The notes below the pieces were generated by a model. That model did no database searches, was not told where the DNA came from, and saw only the letters and a program-made list of their open reading frames with translations. Both the position numbers and the translations under genes were made by a program. From the sequence record MZ234031.1: a stretch of 64,000 bases of DNA; one strand, given 5' to 3'. The stretch comes from Escherichia phage vB_EcoM-CHD94UKE2. Numbering within the stretch: the stretch's first letter is position 1; each line of letters starts with the position of its first letter. Below, piece after piece: positions 38,001-48,874 of this stretch.

Positions 38001-38890
38001 CCGTCAAACAATCTCCACAATTTCTCATTATCGTCAAACATCAAGAAACCGTCAATCGATGTACGGCCTTCAATGGAATGAGTTCCAACTTCTTGTACTG
38101 AAGTCGTTTCATCGTATGTAGTAACAATTGTATGATAAAGTGGATTCAGTTTATCTAAATCAACGAAATTAATAATATCGCCATGATTAGCAAATCTCGG
38201 AAGTTTAACATTAATTGGTGCAGCAGAAGTAAATCTACGTACGATAAAATCATTAGATTGTGCTTGATACGCAGTCGATGGAGTAACAATCGCAGCTTCT
38301 CTGCTATAATCAGCAACATACATTTGCCACAAACGATTATTAAAAATGAATATCATCTGTGACTTTGGATGAGTCATTAAAACTGAACGTACTTGTTCAC
38401 CTCTAAAATTGACAATACTCTGATTTGAAGAATTTATTTTAACCTGATTTATGCCAGGTTTTCCACCGATATCTTGAATTATTACGGTTTCTCCATCAAG
38501 CGGAGAAGGTGGTAAAGTAAACTCAATGTCATTGCCAACTGATGTATCTACTGAAATTGCTTCTCCGGATTTTAATTGATATGGTCCAGATGATACAGTT
38601 GTATATACAGCATCAGTACGTAATGCTTTCCAACGAATTCTATTAAAATTTCCAGCAGGTTTTGGAATATTATCCGTTGCTGCCCAAAAACGATTATTAT
38701 AAATGATTACAAAATCTTTTAAATATCCACGAGTTGGATCATATTGCTGAACTGTGTTTTCTTGAATTAAGTAATCAACGTTAACACCGTCAGTTCCTAC
38801 GGTACGATCAGCTAAAGCTACGTTGATTATTTTATCGCCACCTGCGTCCAGACCATCTTCTGCTCTGAACTTTCTTTTAATCTCGGCCAT
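35021..38890 (-). CDS. 34: Long tail fibre proximal subunit gp34
   Basis: 1289 aa, identical length to T4 gp34; repetitive beta-rich sequence. Confidence 0.85.
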   Translation of the reverse strand: MAEIKRKFRAEDGLDAGGDKIINVALADRTVGTDGVNVDYLIQENTVQQYDPTRGYLKDFVIIYNNRFWAATDNIPKPAGNFNRIRWKALRTDAVYTTVSSGPYQLKSGEAISVDTSVGNDIEFTLPPSPLDGETVIIQDIGGKPGINQVKINSSNQSIVNFRGEQVRSVLMTHPKSQMIFIFNNRLWQMYVADYSREAAIVTPSTAYQAQSNDFIVRRFTSAAPINVKLPRFANHGDIINFVDLDKLNPLYHTIVTTYDETTSVQEVGTHSIEGRTSIDGFLMFDDNEKLWRLFDGDSKARLRIITTNSNIRPNEEVMVFGANNGTTQTIELQLPTDISVGDTVKISMNYMRKGQTVKIKAAGEDKIASSVQLLQFPKRSEYPPEAEWVTVQELVFNGETNYVPVLQLAYIEDSDGKYWVVQQNVPTVERVDSLNASTRARLGVIALATQAQANADLENSPQKELAITPETLANRTATETRRGIARIATTAQVNQNTTFSFADDLIITPKKLNERTATETRRGVAEIATQQETNTGTDDTTIITPKKLQARQGSESLSGIVTFVSTAGATPASSRELNGTNVYNKNTNNLVVSPKALDQYKATPTQQGAVILAVESEVIAGQSQEGWANAVVTPETLHKKTSTDGRIGLIEIATQSEVNTGTDYTRAVTPKTLNDRRATESLSGIAEIATQVEFDAGVDDTRISTPLKIKTRFNSTDRTSVVALSGLVESGTLWDHYTLNILEANETQRGTLRVATQVEAAAGTLDNVLITPKKLLGTKSTESQEGVIKVATQSETVTGTSANTAVSPKNLKWIVQSEPTWAATTLIRGFVKTSSGSLTFVGNDTVGSTQPLESYEKNGYAVSPYELNRVLANYLPLKAKAVDSNLLDGLDSLQFIRRDIAQTVNGSLTLTQQTNLGAPLVSSSTATFGGSVSANSTLTISNTGTATRLIFEKGPQTGTNPAQTMTVRVWGNQFSGESDTTRSTVFEVSDETSSHFYSQRNKAGNITFNINGTVTPINVNASGTLNANGVATFGNSVTATGEIISRSANAFRAINGNYGFIVRNDGSVTNFMLTASGDQTGGFNGLRPLAINNASGQVTIGESLIIAKGATINSGGLTVNSRIRSQGTKTSDLYTRAPTSDTVGFWSIDINDSATYNQFPGYFKMVEKTNEVTGLPYLERGEEVKSPGTLTQFGNTLDSLYQDWITYPTTPEARTTRWTRTWQKTKNSWSSFVQVFDGGNPPQPSDIGAIPSDNGIIGNLTIRDFLRIGNVRIIPDPVNKTVKFEWVE

Positions 38891-38924
38891 TCTCCCGGGC
38901 TCCTATTGTGTTTTCAATAATAAG

Positions 38925-38932
38925 TATTTATA
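38925..38932 (-). promoter_or_regulatory. Late promoter TATAAATA upstream of gene 34
   Basis: Minus-strand TATAAATA about 35 nt upstream of gene 34 ATG. Confidence 0.6.
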
Positions 38933-38935
38933 CCT

Positions 38936-38965
38936 GTTTACTTTAAGATTTAGATAGTATATAAT
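38936..38965 (+). promoter_or_regulatory. T4-type early promoter for rnh (divergent from gene 34 late promoter)
   Basis: GTTTACTTTAAGATTTAGATAGTATATAAT. Confidence 0.5.
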
Positions 38966-38994
38966 AGAAATCTCACTAATTGAACGAGGTTCAT

Positions 38995-39912
38995 ATGGAT
39001 TTAGAAATGATGCTGGATGAAGATTACAAAGAAGGAATTTGCTTTATTGACTTTAGTCAAATTGCTCTTTCAACTGCTCTGGTAAACTTCCCAGATAAAG
39101 AAAAAATTAATTTATCGATGGTTCGTCATTTGATATTGAACTCAATTAAGTTTAATGTCAAAAAAGCAAAAACGCTTGGATACACTAAAATTGTGCTGTG
39201 TATTGATAACGCGAAATCTGGATACTGGCGTCGTGATTTTGCTTACTATTACAAGAAAAACCGTGGAAAAGCACGAGAAGAATCTACTTGGGACTGGGAA
39301 GGTTATTTTGAATCCAGTCATAAAGTTATAGATGAATTGAAAGCTTATATGCCATACATTGTTATGGATATTGATAAGTATGAAGCAGATGACCACATTG
39401 CTGTTCTTGTTAAAAAGTTCTCTTTAGAAGGACATAAGATTTTAATCATTTCATCGGACGGTGACTTTACACAGCTTCACAAATATCCAAATGTTAAGCA
39501 ATGGTCACCGATGCATAAGAAATGGGTTAAAATTAAAAGCGGTTCTGCTGAAATTGACTGTATGACTAAAATCCTTAAAGGCGACAAAAAGGATAACGTT
39601 GCTTCAGTTAAAGTACGATCTGACTTTTGGTTTACCAGAGTTGAAGGTGAACGAACCCCTTCAATGAAAACTTCAATCGTTGAAGCTATTGCTAATGACC
39701 GTGAGCAAGCTAAGGTGCTTCTCACAGAATCTGAATATAATCGTTATAAAGAAAATTTAGTTCTAATTGATTTTGATTATATTCCTGATAATATTGCTTC
39801 AAACATTGTGAATTACTATAATTCATATAAATTACCACCGCGTGGCAAAATTTATTCATATTTTGTAAAAGCGGGTCTTTCTAAATTAACTAATAGCATT
39901 AATGAATTTTGA
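38995..39912 (+). CDS. rnh: RNase H (5'-3' exonuclease, FEN family)
   Basis: 305 aa from ATG 38995, MDLEMMLDEDYKEGICFIDFSQIALSTAL... matches remembered T4 Rnh. Confidence 0.85.
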   Translation: MDLEMMLDEDYKEGICFIDFSQIALSTALVNFPDKEKINLSMVRHLILNSIKFNVKKAKTLGYTKIVLCIDNAKSGYWRRDFAYYYKKNRGKAREESTWDWEGYFESSHKVIDELKAYMPYIVMDIDKYEADDHIAVLVKKFSLEGHKILIISSDGDFTQLHKYPNVKQWSPMHKKWVKIKSGSAEIDCMTKILKGDKKDNVASVKVRSDFWFTRVEGERTPSMKTSIVEAIANDREQAKVLLTESEYNRYKENLVLIDFDYIPDNIASNIVNYYNSYKLPPRGKIYSYFVKAGLSKLTNSINEF

Positions 39913-39920
39913 GGTGAATA

Positions 39921-40190
39921 ATGGCTAAAAAAGAAATGGTTGAATTTGATGAAGCTATCCACGGCGAAGACTTGGCTAAATTTATTAAAGAAGCATCTGA
40001 TCATAAACTGAAAATTTCTGGTTATAATGAATTGATTAAAGATATTCGAATTCGTGCCAAAGATGAACTTGGCGTTGATGGTAAGATGTTTAATCGTCTA
40101 TTAGCTTTGTATCATAAAGATAATCGTGATGTGTTTGAAGCTGAAACTGAAGAGGTAGTTGAACTTTATGACACAGTTTTCTCTAAATGA
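39921..40190 (+). CDS. dsbA: dsDNA-binding protein DsbA (late transcription enhancer)
   Basis: 89 aa; T4 order rnh-dsbA-33-59. Confidence 0.6.
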   Translation: MAKKEMVEFDEAIHGEDLAKFIKEASDHKLKISGYNELIKDIRIRAKDELGVDGKMFNRLLALYHKDNRDVFEAETEEVVELYDTVFSK

Positions 40191-40506
40191 TATTCGCCCG
40201 GTCGATGAGACCGGTCTTTCAGAAAAAGAACTTTCAATCAAGAAAGAAAAGGATGAAATAGCAAAGCTTCTTGATCGTCAAGAAAATGGATTTATTATTG
40301 AAAAAATGGTAGAAGAGTTTGGAATGAGTTATCTTGAAGCTACAACAGCATTCTTGGAAGAAAATTCTATTCCTGAAACTCAATTTGCTAAATTTATTCC
40401 TTCTGGTATAATTGAAAAAATTCAGTCAGAAGCTATTGACGAAAATCTTTTACGTCCTTCTGTTGTTCGTTGTGAAAAAACTAATACATTAGATTTTCTA
40501 CTATGA
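40168..40506 (+). CDS. 33: Late transcription co-activator gp33
   Basis: ATG 40168 gives 112 aa MTQFSLNDIRPVDETG..., T4 gp33 size. Confidence 0.65.
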   Translation: MTQFSLNDIRPVDETGLSEKELSIKKEKDEIAKLLDRQENGFIIEKMVEEFGMSYLEATTAFLEENSIPETQFAKFIPSGIIEKIQSEAIDENLLRPSVVRCEKTNTLDFLL

Positions 40507-41156
40507 TTAAACTCCGCATGCCTGCTGGTGGTGAAAGATACATTGATGGTAAATCAGTTTATAAATTATACTTAATGATAAAACAGCATATGAATGGAAA
40601 GTATGATGTAATTAAGTATAATTGGTGCATGCGGGTGTCTGATGCCGCTTATCAAAAGCGAAGGGATAAGTATTTTTTCCAGAAGTTATCAGAAAAATAT
40701 AAATTAAAGGAACTTGCTTTAATTTTTATAAGTAATTTGGTTGCTAACCAAGATGCTTGGATTGGTGACATCTCTGACGCTGATGCACTTGTGTTTTATC
40801 GTGAATATATCGGACGCTTAAAACAAATTAAATTTAAGTTTGAAGAAGATATTCGCAACATTTATTATTTTAGTAAAAAAGTTGAAGTTTCTGCTTTTAA
40901 AGAAATCTTTGAGTATAATCCAAAGGTTCAATCAAGTTATATTTTTAAACTTCTGCAATCGAACATAATTTCGTTTGAGACGTTTATCTTGCTTGATTCG
41001 TTTTTAAATATAATTGATAAACACGATGAACAGACTGATAATTTAGTCTGGAATAATTATTCTATAAAGTTAAAGGCTTATAGAAAAATTTTAAATATTG
41101 ATTCACAGAAAGCTAAAAATGTTTTCATTGAAACTGTGAAATCTTGCAAGTATTGA
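40503..41156 (+). CDS. 59: Helicase loader gp59
   Basis: 217 aa, same length as T4 gp59; upstream of gene 32. Confidence 0.8.
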   Translation: MIKLRMPAGGERYIDGKSVYKLYLMIKQHMNGKYDVIKYNWCMRVSDAAYQKRRDKYFFQKLSEKYKLKELALIFISNLVANQDAWIGDISDADALVFYREYIGRLKQIKFKFEEDIRNIYYFSKKVEVSAFKEIFEYNPKVQSSYIFKLLQSNIISFETFILLDSFLNIIDKHDEQTDNLVWNNYSIKLKAYRKILNIDSQKAKNVFIETVKSCKY

Positions 41157-41157
41157 T

Positions 41158-41790
41158 ATGAATATAGTATATTGGTTTACATTTGAAGACCGTGTCAAAA
41201 ATAAGACTCCGCCATACTACTATATCGGTAGTAAATTAAATTGCTCATTTGAGAACGGAATAATATATGACTCTTCCGGAAAGGAATACTGGAGCTCATG
41301 TAAACAAAAAAGATTTTTGAATGCGCTAATGCTTCAAAAACCGAGCGTTAAAATAATTCAAATTGATGATGACTTGGATGTTATTGAAGCAGAACGAAAA
41401 TACCAACTTGAAGTAAATGCCAGAGATAATCCAGACTATTTTAATCTGGTATATGCTGGTGGTGGATTTGGTGTGAGTGGTGAAACTCATCCAGCCAAAG
41501 ACTCGGAAGTTAGAGAGCATATGAGATTGGCTAATTATATGAACCGTGACGATTTTAGACCTTGGAAAACATCACGAGCTAATATAGAGTCTTGGAAATT
41601 ATCTCATATTGCTTACGAGAATTATGTGTTATTATTATCCTCTAATCTGTACGGTAAAACTCCTGGATGGCGAAGAGTTAAAGGTAATATAAATATAACT
41701 GATACAACTGCTAAATCGATGGTAAAGTATTTCAACTCAGGTTGGATACCTCTCGAAGACCCAGAGTATTGCGAATTATGCCAGCTATGA
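41158..41790 (+). CDS. segG: GIY-YIG homing endonuclease, SegG-like
   Basis: 210 aa; N-terminal GIY-YIG-like YWFTF...YYYIGSKLN; inserted between 59 and 32 where T4 has segG. Confidence 0.5.
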   Translation: MNIVYWFTFEDRVKNKTPPYYYIGSKLNCSFENGIIYDSSGKEYWSSCKQKRFLNALMLQKPSVKIIQIDDDLDVIEAERKYQLEVNARDNPDYFNLVYAGGGFGVSGETHPAKDSEVREHMRLANYMNRDDFRPWKTSRANIESWKLSHIAYENYVLLLSSNLYGKTPGWRRVKGNINITDTTAKSMVKYFNSGWIPLEDPEYCELCQL

Positions 41791-41844
41791 GGTAAAGTGT
41801 CATAGCACCAACTGTTAATTAAATTAAATTAAAAAGGAAATAAA
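41775..41844 (+). promoter_or_regulatory. Gene 32 translational operator (pseudoknot plus A/U-rich unstructured leader)
   Basis: GAGGTAAAGTGTCATAGCACCAACTGTTAATTAAATTAAATTAAAAAGGAAATAAAATG, as remembered for the T4 gene 32 autoregulatory leader. Confidence 0.7.
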
Positions 41845-42750
41845 ATGTTTAAACGTAAATCTACTGCTGAACTTGCTGCACAAATGGCTAAACTGAATGG
41901 CAATAAAGGTTTTTCTTCTGAAGATAAAGGCGAGTGGAAACTGAAACTCGATAATGCGGGTAACGGTCAAGCAGTAATTCGTTTTCTTCCGTCTAAAAAT
42001 GATGAACAAGCACCATTCGCAATTCTTGTAAATCACGGTTTCAAGAAAAATGGTAAATGGTATATTGAAACATGTTCATCTACCCATGGTGATTACGATT
42101 CTTGCCCAGTATGTCAGTACATCAGTAAAAATGATCTGTACAACACTGACAATAAAGAGTACAGTCTTGTTAAACGTAAAACTTCTTACTGGGCTAATAT
42201 TCTTGTAGTAAAAGACCCAGCTGCTCCAGAAAACGAAGGTAAAGTATTTAAATACCGTTTCGGTAAGAAAATCTGGGATAAAATTAATGCAATGATTGCA
42301 GTTGATGTTGAAATGGGTGAAACTCCGGTTGATGTAACTTGTCCGTGGGAAGGTGCTAACTTTGTACTGAAAGTTAAACAGGTTTCTGGATTTAGTAACT
42401 ACGATGAATCTAAATTCCTGAATCAATCTGCGATTCCAAACATTGACGATGAATCTTTCCAGAAAGAACTGTTCGAACAAATGGTTGACCTTTCTGAAAT
42501 GACTTCTAAAGATAAATTCAAATCGTTTGAAGAACTGAGCACTAAGTTCAGTCAAGTTATGGGAACTGCTGCTATGGGTGGTGCCGCAGCAACTGCCGCT
42601 AAGAAAGCTGATAAAGTTGCTGATGATTTGGATGCATTCAATGTTGATGACTTCAATGCAAAAACTGAAGATGATTTTATGAGCTCAAGCTCTGGCAGTT
42701 CATCTAGTGTTGATGACACGGACCTGGATGACCTTTTGAATGACCTTTAA
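41845..42750 (+). CDS. 32: ssDNA-binding protein gp32
   Basis: 301 aa [47 protein letters not shown]...; zinc site [14 protein letters not shown]; acidic C-terminal tail. Confidence 0.95.
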
Positions 42751-42772
42751 TAGATTATATTACTAATTAATT

Positions 42773-42798
42773 GGGGACCTCTAGGGTCCCCTTTTTTA
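42773..42798 (+). terminator. Rho-independent terminator after gene 32
   Basis: GGGGACC-TCTA-GGGTCCCC then TTTTTTATTT. Confidence 0.75.
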
Positions 42799-42822
42799 TT
42801 TCAAAAATTTTTTCACAAAACG

Positions 42823-42852
42823 GTTTACATCCTTGTCCTTCCATGGTACTAT
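42823..42852 (+). promoter_or_regulatory. T4-type early promoter
   Basis: GTTTACATCCTTGTCCTTCCATGGTACTAT; preceded by TTTTCACAAAACG block. Confidence 0.55.
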
Positions 42853-42895
42853 ACAACTATCGGCAATACTGCTGATGATTAAAGAGGAAAATAAT

Positions 42896-43123
42896 ATGGC
42901 TAAAGTTGATATTGACATCGTTGATTTTGAATATATCGAAGAAATTATTCGTAATCGTTATCCTGAACTTAGTATCACAAGCGTGCAAGATTCTAAGTTT
43001 TGGAGTATTCAAATCGTTATTGAAGGTCCTCTTGAAGACCTCACCCGCTTTATGGCTAATGAATATTGTGATGGTATGGATTCTGAAGACGCAGAATTTT
43101 ACATGGGATTGATTGAACAATAA
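42896..43123 (+). CDS. Hypothetical acidic protein, 75 aa
   Basis: ATG 42896 after AAAGAGGAAAAT. Confidence 0.45.
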   Translation: MAKVDIDIVDFEYIEEIIRNRYPELSITSVQDSKFWSIQIVIEGPLEDLTRFMANEYCDGMDSEDAEFYMGLIEQ

Positions 43124-43167
43124 TTATCAAGGGGCTATTACAGCCCCGTTAAAATGAGGAAAACATA

Positions 43168-43533
43168 ATGTATATCGGTAAAAAGTATGAACTTGTTCCA
43201 AGACTTATTGATACATTTATTAATTATCGCCCACGTTCTAATTCAGCAATAGTTAAAATTATTCAAGAAAATGGCGGATGGTTTGAAGTTAAAGAAGCTT
43301 TCTTTGTTGATGGATTTAGAGTAATAAAACACATTGAATGCGCAAATGGAAAGCATTTTTACTTTAACGTTTGTGAAGACGAATTTCATTGTTTTCGTGA
43401 GTATAAAGAACCGACTTCTGAAGAAGATGAAGTCAAAGACAAAGTTTCTGGCGTAACAAAAATTCACTGCATTGTTGACGAAAACAATGTAGATGAAATC
43501 ATTGAACTTTTGCGAAAAACTTTCAAAAAGTAG
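43168..43533 (+). CDS. Hypothetical protein, 121 aa
   Basis: ORF with SD GAGGAAAAC. Confidence 0.45.
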   Translation: MYIGKKYELVPRLIDTFINYRPRSNSAIVKIIQENGGWFEVKEAFFVDGFRVIKHIECANGKHFYFNVCEDEFHCFREYKEPTSEEDEVKDKVSGVTKIHCIVDENNVDEIIELLRKTFKK

Positions 43534-43562
43534 TTTACAGAAGGGTAGTAGTGTGATACTAT
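43533..43562 (+). promoter_or_regulatory. T4-type early promoter
   Basis: GTTTACAGAAGGGTAGTAGTGTGATACTAT. Confidence 0.5.
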
Positions 43563-43592
43563 TACCCTATCAAAACTAATGGAGAAAAGAAA

Positions 43593-43661
43593 ATGTTCGC
43601 ACCTTATATTATGGCAGCAGTTATGTTGGTCTGTTTATATCTTTTGATTAAAGCTTGCTAA
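43593..43661 (+). CDS. Small hydrophobic peptide, 22 aa
   Basis: MFAPYIMAAVMLVCLYLLIKAC after SD GGAGAAAAG; read by hand. Confidence 0.3.
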   Translation: MFAPYIMAAVMLVCLYLLIKAC

Positions 43662-43671
43662 GGAGAATAAA

Positions 43672-43914
43672 ATGAGATTACAACGCCAGAGCATCAAAGA
43701 TTCAGAAGTTAGAGGTAAATGGTATTTTAATATCATCGGTAAAGATTCTGAACTTGTTGAAAAAGCTGAACACCTTTTACGTGGCATGGGATGGGAAGAT
43801 GAATGTGATGGGTGTCCGCTTTATGAAGACGGTGAAAGCGCAGGATTTTGGATTTATCACTCTGACGTCGATCAGTTTAAAGCTGATTGGAAAATTGTGA
43901 AAAAGTCTGTTTAA
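43672..43914 (+). CDS. Hypothetical protein, 80 aa
   Basis: ORF with SD AAGGAGAAT. Confidence 0.45.
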   Translation: MRLQRQSIKDSEVRGKWYFNIIGKDSELVEKAEHLLRGMGWEDECDGCPLYEDGESAGFWIYHSDVDQFKADWKIVKKSV

Positions 43915-43924
43915 GGAAAATAAT

Positions 43925-44754
<830 letters not shown>

Positions 44755-44774
44755 AATAACACGTGGCGGAAAAT

Positions 44775-45122
44775 ATGAATTTTAATTATTACCCTATTCT
44801 ATTAGAAAAAGACACGAAACAGCCAAAGTGGCAGGGTCCTCAGTTTATTAAAGGTGTCTATCAATTAGTAGTTCCTAAAGACAAGATTTATAGCAGTTGT
44901 TTCACTGAATCCGCTTGCAGTATTTTCGGTAATAGTTCTCTGTATTGGAATTTTGACATAAAGCTGGATAGAAATATCGATATTTGGTTGAAAGCTATGG
45001 ATATTGGTAATATCACGTTTGATGAGAATAATTATCATATTATTGGTCGCTTTTCCAAACGCGGTAAAGAATTATATTTCACGCCTGAAATTGAGAGAAA
45101 ATTTGATGCTAAACCGTATTGA
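44775..45122 (+). CDS. Hypothetical protein, about 115 aa
   Basis: ATG 44775 in frame within track ORF starting at GTG 44763. Confidence 0.45.
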   Translation: MNFNYYPILLEKDTKQPKWQGPQFIKGVYQLVVPKDKIYSSCFTESACSIFGNSSLYWNFDIKLDRNIDIWLKAMDIGNITFDENNYHIIGRFSKRGKELYFTPEIERKFDAKPY

Positions 45123-45167
45123 TTATTTAGCTTCATAAAATGTATTATAATTTATATAAGGTACTAA

Positions 45168-46028
45168 ATGAAACAATACCAAGATTTAATTAAAGACATT
45201 TTTGAAAATGGCTATGAAACCGATGACCGAACAGGCACAGGAACAATTGCTTTGTTCGGTACTAAATTACGTTGGGATTTAACTAAAGGTTTTCCTGCGG
45301 TAACAACTAAGAAGCATGCATGGAATGCATGCATTGCTGAGCTTCTATGGTTTATTTCCGGTTCTACCAATGTTAATGATTTACGTCTTCGCACACATGG
45401 TAGTCTTATTCAAGGTAAAACTATTTGGGACGATAACTATGAAAACCAGGCTAAAGACCTAGGATATCATAGTGGTGAACTTGGTCCTATATACGGTAAA
45501 CAATGGCGTGATTTCGGCGGCGTGGATCAATTAGTTGAAACTATTGATCGTATTAAAAAATTACCAACTGATCGACGTCAAATCGTTTCAGCATGGAATC
45601 CAGCTGAAATCAATCAAATGGCATTACCACCCTGTCATATGTTCTATCAGTTTAATGTGCGTAATGGTTATTTGGATTTGCAGTGGTATCAACGATCAGT
45701 AGATGTTTTCTTGGGCTTGCCATTCAACATTGCCTCGTACGCTGCCTTGACGCATATTGTGGCTAAGATGTGTAATCTTATCCCAGGAGATTTGATATTT
45801 TCCGGTGGTAATACTCACATCTATATGAATCATACTGAGCAATGTAAAGAAATTTTACGTCGTGAGCCTAAAGAACTGTGTGAACTTAAAATTGATTGGC
45901 CTATAGAGTTTGGAAATTGTGACACCGAAACGCAGCTTTACTGGTTAACTGAATACATGAAACCGAAAGATTTTATCCTTGAAAATTATGAATCGCATCC
46001 AGCAATTAAAGGGAAAATGGCAATATGA
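45168..46028 (+). CDS. td: Thymidylate synthase, intron-less
   Basis: 286 aa continuous ORF; active-site PPCH motif ([11 protein letters not shown]); T4 TS length. Confidence 0.9.
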
Positions 46029-46288
46029 TTTTACGATTTAAAGATACTTCTGGCGTTGTTCTTTTTACACTTCCTAACCCAAGCGAGTTAGAAGTTCCAG
46101 GACCAGAACAGCCTATTACCATTTATGGTAAAAAATACTATACTCATAAAATGACTCGTGAGTATTTTGATAATAAAATTTCCACAGTTAAAACTTCTTC
46201 TGACTGTTACTACGATATTACTGTTTTAACGGAAAAACAATATGACGAATTATTCCAGCGTGGGCCGTCTATGCCGGGTAGTGAATAA
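46025..46288 (+). CDS. Hypothetical protein, 87 aa
   Basis: ORF overlapping td stop. Confidence 0.45.
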
Positions 46289-46568
46289 ATACAAATCCGA
46301 CTTTGATGTTAATATTCACCGCGGTACATTTTGGGGAAATTACGTCGGTAAAGATGCTGGCAGCCGGGAGGCTGCCATTGAATTATTCAAAAAAGATTTT
46401 ATACGTCGAATTAAATCTGGAGAAATAACTAAAGCACATTTAGAGCCTTTACGTGGAATGAGGCTAGGATGCACATGTAAACCAAAGCCGTGTCATGGTG
46501 ATATAATAGCTCATATAGTTAACCGATTGTTTAAAGACGATTTTCAAGTTGAGGACTTATGCAATTAA
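46242..46568 (+). CDS. Hypothetical protein with Cys/His cluster (DUF4326-like), 108 aa
   Basis: [12 protein letters not shown] motif; ORF between td and nrdA. Confidence 0.45.
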
Positions 46569-48823
46569 TTAATGTTATCAAAAGTAGTGGTGTTTCTCAG
46601 AGCTTTGACCCGCAAAAAATTATTAAAGTTTTATCTTGGGCAGCTGAAGGAACATCAGTAGATCCTTATGAATTATATGAAAATATTAAATCTTATCTCC
46701 GTGATGGAATGACAACTAATGATATTCAGACTATTGTCATTAAGGCTGCTGCGAATTCTATTTCGGTTGAAGAGCCTGATTATCAATATGTAGCTGCACG
46801 TTGTTTAATGTTTGCTCTTCGTAAGCATGTTTATGGACAGTATGAACCACGTTCATTTATTGACCATATTTCTTACTGTGTAAATGAAGGTAAATACGAC
46901 CCTGAATTATTGTCAAAATATTCAGCAGAAGAAATTACATTTTTAGAATCAAAAATTAAGCACGAGCGGGATATGGAATTTACTTATTCCGGGGCGATGC
47001 AATTAAAAGAAAAATATCTTGTTAAAGATAAAACCACTGGTCAAATTTATGAAACTCCACAGTTTGCATTTATGACTATTGGAATGGCACTGCATCAAGA
47101 TGAACCTGTTGATAGATTAAAACATGTTATCCGTTTTTATGAAGCAGTATCTACTCGACAGATTTCATTGCCAACTCCTATTATGGCTGGTTGTCGTACT
47201 CCGACTCGACAGTTTAGTTCATGCGTTGTTATTGAGGCAGGTGATTCGCTGAAGTCTATCAATAAAGCTTCTGCTTCAATTGTTGAATATATTTCTAAAC
47301 GCGCTGGAATTGGAATTAACGTAGGTATGATTCGTGCTGAAGGTTCTAAGATTGGCATGGGTGAAGTACGCCATACTGGTGTTATTCCTTTTTGGAAACA
47401 TTTTCAGACTGCAGTTAAATCATGTTCACAGGGTGGAATTCGTGGCGGCGCTGCTACTGCTTATTATCCTATTTGGCATTTGGAAGTTGAAAATCTTCTC
47501 GTTTTGAAAAATAACAAAGGCGTAGAAGAAAACCGCATTCGTCACATGGATTATGGTGTTCAGCTGAATGATCTAATGATGGAACGATTCGGAAAGAACG
47601 ATTACATTACTTTGTTCAGTCCACATGAAATGGGTGGCGAGCTTTATTATTCTTATTTTAAAGATCAAGACCGTTTCCGTGAATTATACGAAGCAGCAGA
47701 AAAAGACCCTAATATTCGTAAAAAGCGTATTAAAGCCCGTGAACTATTTGAATTGCTCATGACTGAACGTTCAGGAACAGCAAGGATTTATGTGCAGTTC
47801 ATTGATAATACGAATAACTATACTCCGTTTATTCGTGAAAAGGCACCTATTCGTCAGAGTAACTTGTGCTGTGAAATTGCTATTCCAACAAATGATGTGA
47901 ATAGCCCTGATGCTGAAATTGGATTGTGTACTCTTTCTGCATTCGTATTAGATAATTTTGACTGGCAAGACCAAGATAAAATTAATGAATTGGCAGAAGT
48001 TCAAGTTCGTGCTCTTGATAATCTTTTGGATTATCAAGGATATCCAGTTCCTGAAGCAGAAAAAGCTAAAAAGCGTCGTAACCTCGGTGTAGGTGTTACC
48101 AACTATGCAGCTTGGCTGGCAAGTAACTTTGCTTCTTATGAAGATGCTAACGATTTAACACATGAACTATTTGAGAGATTACAGTATGGACTCATTAAAG
48201 CATCCATTAAGCTCGCCAAAGAAAAAGGACCTTGCGAATATTATTCAGACACTCGTTGGTCTCGAGGCGAATTACCTATCGACTGGTACAATAAAAAGAT
48301 TGACCAAATCGCAGCTCCAAAATACGTTTGTGACTGGTCGTCGCTGCGGGAAGACCTTAAGCTCTTTGGCATCCGTAATAGCACATTATCAGCACTTATG
48401 CCATGTGAGTCATCTTCCCAAGTTTCTAACAGTACAAACGGTATCGAGCCTCCACGTGGACCAGTCTCTGTTAAAGAATCAAAAGAGGGCTCCTTTAATC
48501 AAGTCGTGCCCAATATTGAGCATAACATAGACCTTTACGACTATACATGGAAATTAGCTAAGAAAGGTAATAAACCTTATCTTACGCAGGTAGCTATTAT
48601 GCTGAAATGGGTTTGTCAATCAGCTTCGGCGAATACATACTATGACCCCCAAATCTTCCCTAAAGGCAAGGTTCCAATGTCAATAATGATTGATGACCTT
48701 TTGTATTTTTGGTATTTTGGCGGAAAAAATTTCTATTATCATAATACCCGCGATGGTTCTGGTACTGATGATTATGAAATAGAAACTCCAAAAGCTGAAG
48801 AGTGTTCATCCTGTAAATTATGA
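46559..48823 (+). CDS. nrdA: Ribonucleotide reductase large subunit (class Ia)
   Basis: 754 aa, same as T4 NrdA; SNLCCEIA active-site motif visible. Confidence 0.9.
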   Translation: MQLINVIKSSGVSQSFDPQKIIKVLSWAAEGTSVDPYELYENIKSYLRDGMTTNDIQTIVIKAAANSISVEEPDYQYVAARCLMFALRKHVYGQYEPRSFIDHISYCVNEGKYDPELLSKYSAEEITFLESKIKHERDMEFTYSGAMQLKEKYLVKDKTTGQIYETPQFAFMTIGMALHQDEPVDRLKHVIRFYEAVSTRQISLPTPIMAGCRTPTRQFSSCVVIEAGDSLKSINKASASIVEYISKRAGIGINVGMIRAEGSKIGMGEVRHTGVIPFWKHFQTAVKSCSQGGIRGGAATAYYPIWHLEVENLLVLKNNKGVEENRIRHMDYGVQLNDLMMERFGKNDYITLFSPHEMGGELYYSYFKDQDRFRELYEAAEKDPNIRKKRIKARELFELLMTERSGTARIYVQFIDNTNNYTPFIREKAPIRQSNLCCEIAIPTNDVNSPDAEIGLCTLSAFVLDNFDWQDQDKINELAEVQVRALDNLLDYQGYPVPEAEKAKKRRNLGVGVTNYAAWLASNFASYEDANDLTHELFERLQYGLIKASIKLAKEKGPCEYYSDTRWSRGELPIDWYNKKIDQIAAPKYVCDWSSLREDLKLFGIRNSTLSALMPCESSSQVSNSTNGIEPPRGPVSVKESKEGSFNQVVPNIEHNIDLYDYTWKLAKKGNKPYLTQVAIMLKWVCQSASANTYYDPQIFPKGKVPMSIMIDDLLYFWYFGGKNFYYHNTRDGSGTDDYEIETPKAEECSSCKL

Positions 48824-48874
48824 TATAATTTGACTCATGGACGAGTCACCAACTATTAACTAAGCGGAAAATTT

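Noticed and set aside
45127-45151. MotA-box-like TTAGCTTCA plus TATAAT upstream of td as a middle promoter
   Set aside because: Box deviates from TGCTT and spacing is about 10 nt rather than 11-13; too weak to call without transcript mapping.
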